NCBI RefSeq assembly: GCF_002571385.2
Contig: NW_019217954.1
Coordinates: forward strand, 308,510 to 372,509
Length of the DNA: 64,000 bases
Reading direction: 5' to 3'
DNA from: Stylophora pistillata
Taxonomy: Eukaryota
The notes beneath the pieces were generated by a model. It was not told the DNA's origin, ran no database searches, and saw only the letters and a program-made list of their open reading frames with translations. Within the stretch, counting starts at the first letter, position 1. Each line of letters starts with the position of its first letter. The position numbers and the translations under genes were made by a program. Positions 55,410 to 64,000 of the stretch are shown here, piece after piece.

Positions 55410-58400
55410 CTATGTTCAACTATGTTTCATCCTGGCTGCGGCCCTTCAATATTTTCAAATAATTATATTCTTGTACAGACTGGGGATGGTTCATATGTAG
55501 CAATCAACCCCGGTACTGCAACCTTGAATTCCAACAACTTTTCCACCAATGAAGCTCAGCTGAAACTAATGAAATATTGTAGTTTTTAAACTTATACTCT
55601 CTGAATGCACGATGTAATGTTATTTATCATTTTAACCGTAAATTAACACATGTCAAAAATGATAAATATAGTGAGCAGTTTTCCGGCTTTAGGTGAAGCC
55701 TACTTATGAAAGAAAAACATGAATTGTAAGGCCTCTTCAAGAACGACAAAAACTGAACGTTACTCAAATAATTTGATGTTGAATTACTTGATTTCTTGCT
55801 AAGTTCCACTTAATTATGATGTTTCACCATTAGATTAGACTGTTCGAATAATGTACTAATTACAGCTAATTACAAAGCACCAAGAAGACGTGGCATAAAC
55901 GAGTTTATAAGACTCAGTAGTCATGTTTAAGAAGCTAGAGTCGCTCTCGGCTATCGCCTCGAGCGACTCTAACGCTTCTTTCGTGCTTAGCAACCTCCCG
56001 CGTGCATCCATAACTCAATAGTGTATGCTGTGGTGTTTACCATTTGTTAAATTCTTCATTCAATATCGTTTCCTAGCATTCTGTGTACTCAGGAAATTGA
56101 ACAGTCAGGTTCACTTTGTTTCTTCCCTCGTCCCTCGTTCGACACACTGTGACTATTGTTCAGTGCAACCTATGCAAGCAAGGGAGTGAAGACACCGCCA
56201 ACGTTCACGTTGTACGTGGCTGAAATTTCCATCAAAATACTCTTTTCATTATTATTATTTTTTTGCGCTTAGACAGACTCCATCGCGGCGAAACTGTTCA
56301 TATACTTATGTACATTCTTTCCTTTGTTTTCATACCTTTACTTACTCCAAGATAATTTCTCAATTTTATTCCTTATATGTCGTACCTAACCGTTTTTTAT
56401 TTTCATTTGATAATCATGACATGTCGTCCCTGAAAAGTTTTTCGACACGAATAAACTGCTACACATCTGCTCTTGGCCTGGAGATCTCCTTCGTCTTCGA
56501 TTCGATTGAATCTCTGCCATGTCGGGATTCTCTCTGTTACCAGATCTCTTACTGTTTGTTACCTCGAACACTCGGTTAAAAGAAGTTCCAAATGAACGCT
56601 TTCAAAACATCTCACGCAGGCCAATATAAACAGGCAGTACTTGATAATTCAGATTAGCCGGTCAGAAAGGCGCAAATGTCTTGCGTTTTCTAAATGAGAT
56701 TTTATGGATGAGTTCAGTCTGCGCTAATTAGTTTATTTTTGTTGTTGATTTGTAAACTTGTAAAGCGACTTGATCCTCAGAAGCTAGAATTGAACTAATC
56801 TACACCATACGCTGAATGTTTCCTCCTTATTCCATACCAAAGCTTGTCCATCTTTTGTCGTTGATATGATGCTCTTTGCTAAACGAAACCGAGTGTTCTC
56901 TTCAAAACTTGTTGAAAATGCCGTTCCTTATCGTCCTAGCTGACGAGTCAAAGAAAATAATCTATTGGAGGTTAATTGGAGTAATTGTTTTCTTTGATGT
57001 AAGTCACTTATACCGCGATGAAAATTCTGCTGCAATAACTTAAATTTTTGTAACCTGAACCTAATCCTCAAAGTATGTTTGGCAACAGTTAAGCGTCGCA
57101 TTCTTGAAAATGATAAGAGTGAAAACACTGGGTGAAGATCATGGATTTTTGGCCCAGTGGATTATTTTAGAAAATAGTGAAGAATTAAGTTCGCAGGAAG
57201 CTATTGATCAGAGAATGAAGAAATCCTTCTTGTTATGCGATAGAGACAGTTCACAATCTTGATTTGACACTTCCTTACCGATCATAAATTAATTTTGCAA
57301 CTTACAGGATCTGAAAGTATTTTGGTTTGATTTGTTAAGAGGATGTTTTGGTTAAAGATAAATTGTGACATAAATGTTTATATTTGTTAACCGGGAAATA
57401 CATTGCAAACGTGAGGTTCAGGTGAATTATAACTTCTGTAAATTTTGGCAAGGCCTTGAGCTGTTAGTAAGGAACACTCAGTGAGGAACTTACGACGGAA
57501 ATATTCGCATGATGAAGTCTGAAGTCTTTCGAAACAGTGAATCCACCATGGCGCGATTTCATAGCCAGTAATGAAATTGAAATAGAGTTTAACCAGAGGT
57601 CACCAGCCATTTTTTAGGGGAGTTTCATAGACAAATGCAAAGAAGCCCCACCTATTACTTGAAAAACCCTGCGCGATTGCCCCGTGATGCTAACTAGGTG
57701 AAGTTATTGTACTACAAGCCTCAAAAGGGGCATACCTCTTGTTTTTTTTGTTGTTGTTGTTGTTTTTTGGTTTCTTTTTTTTTACACAGCGCAAACAGTT
57801 AAGTGCACTTGATTCTGAAAAAATCTGTAGGTAAGGGTTACCATTGGCGTCTCCTGTTGTTCCTGTTACGAAAGATGTGGTCTTTTCTCGATTACTTTTG
57901 AAAGAAAAGATCTTGCAGTCAAATTATCAAATGAAAAGTTTTGTTCATGGTTGCGATCATGTTGACGTGGGGAAATTCTCGTGCGGCAAAAATGTCAACG
58001 GAATCGTCAATATGGCGCAGGTTTTTCGATATCATAGCATTGAACATGTTCTTTACTCTTTGCAGCTTCCGGCCACCTGTAATTATACGTTTTTAACATT
58101 TTTACCGAATTCAGTGTCTAAATATGGTCGTTTTCTTGTAAACAATTCTAATAAGGGCGTAAAGACTAGTGGTACGTGATATAATTTTTATCCATGTAAA
58201 ACGTGCAAAGAGTTGGAAAATCAACTACATTAAAGGAAAGTCAGGGGACCCGCAACTCGACTCTTTAACGGCCTCCAATCTTCTGTTCAGTGTCTCAGAA
58301 ATGCTACGTGATTGTCTACTCACACCCACGAGAACCAGATGGTGCAGTTAGTTTTGAAGTGAACGATGTTGTCAACAAAATATTTGAATAGCTCAGCTTA

Positions 58401-58664
58401 GTTCATGTTTATTTGTGCGGGACATACCGAATATGTCGTGAATATTTTTTCCAGGTTTTCGAGTGTGATAACATAGTTGTGGACATTGTTTCAGGGTGAT
58501 TGTCTTTTTTTGAGACTGCATTATCATTCCTCAAATAAGATGGGCAGGTAGGTTTTTTTCATGGTAAGTGTTTTTCAAAGTGAGTGCAGACATGATTGAG
58601 CTTTGTGGGTTAATTTTGCCCAATAGGGTGGTGTTTGAGCAATCGGAACTTAGACTTGAAATGT

Positions 58665-59027
58665 AGTTTCTAGTTTGACGAGATTTTTAGAGGCGCCTCA
58701 AAGATCGTACATGCTTATCATATCTATATACTATCATCTTCAAACGAAAAGGTGAGAAAAATTAATTACAAGTTTATCGCTACAGAGTAAGGAAGTAGGA
58801 TCCGACTAAATGAAATCCCTAATCTATGGGTATTGTGTCTGAGCTATTAGGGTTGTAAACATGAGGTGAAGTTTCTAGTTTGACCAGATATTCAGAGGCG
58901 TCTCAACATCGCACATGGTTATCGTATTAATATCTTTTGATCTTCAAACTAAAATGAGAGGAAAAATAGTTACAAGTTTATCGCTACAGAGTAAGGAAGT
59001 AGGCTCCGACTAAATGAAGTCCCTAAT
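58665..59027. repeat. Diverged direct duplication (units of about 160 bp, period about 205 bp)
   Basis: 58665-58823 resembles 58870-59027. Both contain ttacaagtttatcgctacagagtaaggaagtagg. Confidence 0.85.
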
Positions 59028-60198
59028 GTCACGGTTTGTTCATCAAAAAAAAAAAAAAAAAAAAGAAGAAGAAAAAAGAAAAAAAACCCTCCTGAAACTT
59101 TACGTTCGTCAGGCGAATCTCCTCTTAATCTTCTCATCCTGAACAATTTATGTTTGCTTCTACCTTTTTGGTTCTGTTTTATGGCTGGTTTTTATTTATT
59201 TTATTTTATCTATTTATTTTTTGTGTTTGTTTGTTCGTTTGTTTTTCGTTCCTAACGAACTGATTTTTATTTTTCTCTCCTACAAACTTGAGTAAAGTTC
59301 AAAAGTTCATTACAACTTCCTTTCCCGAGGCCAATCGCTTTCAAGGGAAGAACCCTGATGTAGCTCATTAGCGGTTCTTTCTTTTCTTTTCTCGCGCTTG
59401 CTTGATCTTGCTGTAAGCTGTGTGCTTATGGAATGCGGAAAATTTTGTCTCACTGAAAGCAAAGGGAGTTTACCGGAAAAAGATACTGAGTAAAGAAGGA
59501 TACATTTGTTTCTGAAACCGGGAAAAACAGAACCTCGATTACCCTGTACTCCTTCAATTCTTATCAAACTGCACAGTTTTCGCATGAATGCGCAACCAAT
59601 ATCGTTCCGTGATTTTGGCTCATTCTTTAATACCTTGCATACCTATCTTGCTGTAAACAGTTCATATGTCTTAAATGGATTTTTCTTTCGAAGTCGGGTT
59701 CGTTGTTTTGGACGATAGTGTAGAAACTCTGTACAAACTTGCCCGATATAGTAGTAAATATGCTTGTTCATACTAACGTCACATTTACGTCATAAAAGCG
59801 GAAGAAAACCTAGCCAGGTGCCCTGTTTTTAAGTGGTAAATGTCTTGAGGTTGTATTCGAAATAATGCAAAAAGTCTTATTTCACTTCACATTTCTGCAC
59901 GTTTACTGCACCATAAAGTCATATGTTTTGCATTACTCGTGTGCGAGTAAAAATACTTTAATGCCTTTAAACTATGCTGGGTAGTTCCTATTTTAAAAAT
60001 TAACGTGTAGATCTATCGTCTGGAGTTAAATTGTGCTGTGACAATGTATCAGATTACGATGTTATCTTTGCGGTCTAGTTTTCATTCCCTCTGAGGCCAG
60101 AGATCATTTCAAAACCATTCAGCGTTTTCCCCGCTCTCGTATTACTTACCCACGCTAAAAATACAAAGATGACAAGCGGAGATCAGAATGAATGACCC

Positions 60199-60206
60199 TA
60201 TAAATA
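60199..60206 (+). promoter_or_regulatory. TATA box of the Ras-like gene
   Basis: TATAAATA lies about 155 bp upstream of the ATG at 60354. Confidence 0.55.
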
Positions 60207-60353
60207 CAGGTCGTGCAAATTCATCACAGATAGTATTGGACATCGCTGAGTAAACACCAAAAACTTTAGGGTGGACAGAAGAGTGGCAAGAATAAGGGAA
60301 TTTTGTTATTATCAATCGTGGCCTCTCTGTTTGGAATCATTACGCCCACGAAG

Positions 60354-61001
60354 ATGAAGGCAAAAATCAAGAAGCAAGGTGAAAAGTGGCGAAATTCGGT
60401 TGACACGTTGCCGCTTCCACGAAACGTTTTCAATGTGGTTGTTCTCGGCGCGGGAGGTGTAGGAAAAACGTCGCTTGTTACGCGCTTCGTCAAGAATGAA
60501 TTTTCAGATTGCTACAATCCAACAGTGGAGGATTTGTACGAGAAGCCCATCGAGTTGAGAAGAGGTGTCAGCGCAGTGTTGCAAGTGTTAGACACGGCAG
60601 GTTCCTATCAGTTTCCTGCCATGAAAAGACTGACACTTCAGTACGGAGAAGCGTTCATTATTGTGTATTCAGTGGTCGATTCTGCTTCACTTGAAGAGGC
60701 AGTGAAACTGCAGCAAGAGATCTACGAGGCTAAAGGCACAGAAGATGTACCCATGGTGTTTGTTGGTAACAAGTGCGATCTGACCACAGGAACAGACAAG
60801 CGGTTAGTGAGTCGTGCCATCGCGTCCACACTCACTCGCGGAAAACACTGTATTTTGGCGGAAACTTCGGCCAAGTACAATGTGAACGTTAGCGGTGTCT
60901 TCACTGCTTTATTGGCGCAAGTTGCACTTGCCAATAGTCAAAGTATATCGAAGGAGGGACAAAAGAAGAAACGAAGTGAACCTGATTGTGCAGTTTCCTG
61001 A
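60354..61001 (+). CDS. Intronless Ras-family small GTPase, DIRAS/RASD(Rhes)-like, 215 aa
   Basis: G1 GAGGVGKT, effector YNPTVED, G3 DTAGSYQFPAM, G4 NKCD, G5 ETSAK, a polybasic stretch and CaaX CAVS. AATAAA at 61631. Confidence 0.92.
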   Translation: MKAKIKKQGEKWRNSVDTLPLPRNVFNVVVLGAGGVGKTSLVTRFVKNEFSDCYNPTVEDLYEKPIELRRGVSAVLQVLDTAGSYQFPAMKRLTLQYGEAFIIVYSVVDSASLEEAVKLQQEIYEAKGTEDVPMVFVGNKCDLTTGTDKRLVSRAIASTLTRGKHCILAETSAKYNVNVSGVFTALLAQVALANSQSISKEGQKKKRSEPDCAVS

Positions 61002-63215
61002 GTTAACTGTATGCGAGGAAACGGAATTTCAATAAGGAACTTGCGGTTAAGAATATGGACTTAAGGTTTAATAGACAACTAGTAGAGATATATCTGTGCT
61101 CACGACGTCAAAATTTCGTGTTGAACTTGATATATTATTGCGAAGAGTCGCTAGTGTTGCGCAACGCCTTTAGGGCATAACAAATGTCCACTTTTCCACG
61201 GTCATGTGCGCCCAATCCACGGTTATGCGAGTTAAACATCTCTCGTTTAGAATTTAACTTATTTAAAATGATATGAACTTATTTGTAAATAGCCCTGAAG
61301 AAATAGATCAAGAATGAGGAAAAAAGACATTTTTTAAATGACATCCTTAATGCATTATCCTAACAAAGAAAGATGTATTCCATGAAATTCTCATCACGTG
61401 GCAGTTTCCGGTGTCGCGCTCTGCTGAGTAAGTAAGTTATTCACGACTCGTGATATTATTTGACTTATCTGCAGTCATGAATTTTATAGATGTCCTAATA
61501 AGTGATGTAACTCCTCGAAAATACTAGGAGCTGTGCTGCGTTAAATGAATGACTTTGTAAATAGCTGTAAATAGGAAATTACTTGTACAGATTAATTTAA
61601 ATGATGCAACATTGTACTTGTATCAATCTTAATAAAAAATTAAATTATTCAAAGTCAAATTATTGGGTGAGTGTGCAGTTTTTGTCTTTCCTATGACTTT
61701 TTTCTTTCAATTTCTAATCCTTATCACATGTAAGGTCAAATTCTGAACTAAGATAGCATCATGCATTCAGAGCGTAGAAATTTTTACACTGAAATATTTT
61801 GTTGCTTTTTTTGCCGAGTTTTAACTTAAAAATGTTTGAAATTTAAGATTACATTGTTCCCACTACATTACTGGGCTTATTGATTTCTAGAGGTGACTTT
61901 CAATTTTTCAGGAGTACAGGAAAACTTTCGATTTCTATTTCTCTAACAGTTTTATTAACTGGGTAAATAGCATTCATCAGCAATTGTCCTCGATCAGTTC
62001 TTCATTCTTTTTGTGAGCCAGGAAGATTAGAGAACTGTCCTTCTTTCGGGAAGCGCTTAGATATGATTGTGATATATGAGAGGCTTTCGAAGCAATCTTC
62101 CCTATCCAGTAATTCGTTAAACTTCTCTCAACCAGAAGTGAGGTTTAATGATGGACTCCGCGCCTATCATGCGAAGGGTCTAAAGGGGGCTTTTTGATGA
62201 AAACACTATTGTTTTATACGGTTTACTTTTGCATCAGTGAAAACATTTTCTTGTTTTCCTCGTTGTAACTTGTTCAGAGATGATATTAGAAATCAATTTC
62301 AGATACATCATTATTCTTGTTTTTTTTTTTTATGGATGAAGGAATGCATGAGGGGCCTTGTCTACTGGGATTTTTTTCTGTGGTCGTGTCTTTATCGTCA
62401 CACAACGATCAGTGTCGCGCAAATCTCAAAAATTATGATCGCGAAAAGGCAATTTTCCAAGACCCCATCTGTTTCAAGACGTGTTGTTCGTTACAAAGAA
62501 ATGACATCTTATAAAGTATTCTGTATTTCTCGTAAGGGCACACTTAATTTGGAGCCTCGCTCTGTTGTGTGTCCTGCACCCTTGTCCTCCGTTCTCTTCT
62601 ATGTCTTGTTCATATGTATATTTTAGTCCTTTTAGTATTGTAAGTATGGTGAAAGCGATTAAATATTGCTACAATGTTTTGCAACATTTGGATCACATGA
62701 GCTAAGCCGTCACTTTAATTCACGGATGCGGTATAGCCCTAATGATCTTCCACTTGGAGTGAAGTGATGTTATTTTTTGAAACAACTACCCGATTATTTT
62801 AGAATATAAGCAGCTTTAAAAAAAAAGAAAAAAAAAAAACCTCTTTTAGTTCAGTTAACATTCCAATAATGTTATGACTTCCGGTTCGACACGAAACTGC
62901 GCCGTCAATAGAATGTGTCTATTTTGCAAATCAGCATAATCGCTAAGTGCCGTATTTAGCCAACACTTACAAGGAATGTCTATGTAGTGATGTAATCCGT
63001 GTGCTGCATTACTTGATATTAGTATTTTATATTGCATCACCTGAAAGTAGTTTGAGAAAAACTGTACTGGTAGATATAGAGGCGAGTACTTCTATAATAA
63101 AACTTAAACCAGGAAAAAGCTCAGAATCAAATGAAATGCGAGGGTACTTTTTTCCCCTTTTAAGGACCTTCTTGTTGTTATGTTTTCTTTTAAGTTGTCC
63201 GCGCACCTGGGTGGA

Positions 63216-63218
<3 letters not shown>

Positions 63219-63283
<65 letters not shown>
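63219..63283. repeat. (GA)n microsatellite
   Basis: Read directly from the sequence. Confidence 0.95.
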
Positions 63284-63284
<1 letters not shown>

Positions 63285-64000
63285 GGGAAAAAAATTAAAT
63301 TCAGAAAAGAAGTTACCTTTTTTATTTCTAATGCTGATTATTTCTGTTTTTCGTGGGTAAATAAGATAACAGACCCATAATAATGCATTTCTTTCGGCTT
63401 ATATTTGAACTCTCAGGCAGAAATAACATCTTTATAAACTGGTTTCGTACGGGATAATCCAATATTTTAAGTAGAAATGACGAGGTTGTGCAGACTGGAT
63501 TGTTTGCAAAACAAGCATGCTATTTTTGGAACATCTGGTTGTGCGGAAATACATATCTTCTGACACGCCCTTCAAATGCGGCCAAAAGGGAATTTTTGGA
63601 AAAATGAAACCAGTATCTAAAAATATCACCACCATCTGTACCTTTTGATCACAATATTTTTTGTATCTTTGCTATAAAGCTATTCGAATTGTAGTACTTT
63701 AGAGCACCGTGGTAAACCTGAGGGATTCCCCTTTTTTGTTCTCGTTGTCTCAAATAAGGTGGTGTCCAATTTCTTAGCCTTTGTTGTCTTATGCGTCCTG
63801 AAGCATTGCATCACTTAAGGTTTACCCTGAAATTATCCATCGCACTAGAAGTTGGTATCTACTGGACTTGCTTAATGTTAAATTTTGTGTGCGCTTTAAA
63901 GCGACAGAGCGAGGCTGTGAGCGTTTATCAATATTTTTTACGTATCGTTTATTACTTTTCCGTCCCAAACATCTCTTAAACCGCACACAAGGCCGCCAGC

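Noticed and set aside
55479-55512. Possible small DENND5 exon (ttgtacag|ACTGGGG...CCCCG|gtact)
   Set aside because: Phase and homology are unclear, so I cannot support it without transcripts.
57844-58179. ORF containing VNGIV, resembling the start of the second DENND5 RUN domain
   Set aside because: The surrounding residues do not match, and I found no convincing splice sites in the required phase.
60303-60353. Hydrophobic N-terminal extension of the Ras-like ORF in the ORF track
   Set aside because: It starts at TTG. The first ATG is at 60354, and a CaaX GTPase is not expected to have a signal peptide.
62947-63380. ORFs with (ER)n runs
   Set aside because: They are translations of the (GA)n microsatellite.

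Overview
AT-rich eukaryotic genomic DNA with spliceosomal introns and several N gaps. The repeat landscape suggests a cnidarian, probably a stony coral (inference). Two long multi-exon genes sit head-to-head with start codons only about 206 bp apart. One is PRPF40 (minus strand, 38413 to 8661); its WW-domain exon carries an in-frame TAG and one intron has a GC donor. The other is DENND5 (plus strand, from 38620, traced to 54309 and apparently continuing beyond the window). An intronless DIRAS/RASD-like GTPase (60354-61001) appears to be nested in a DENND5 intron. The most novel item is a spliced gene at 5701-6390 that the ORF track recovers only in part: an 84-aa secreted precursor (signal peptide, then WRRRRRRPP, then an acidic tail), followed by a decayed paralog with a different N-terminal peptide. 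The introns hold many mobile elements: Penelope-like elements with minimal hammerhead ribozyme motifs, a short Gypsy-type LTR element with only gag visible, Kolobok-, pogo- and hAT-like MITEs, and LINE and SINE fragments.
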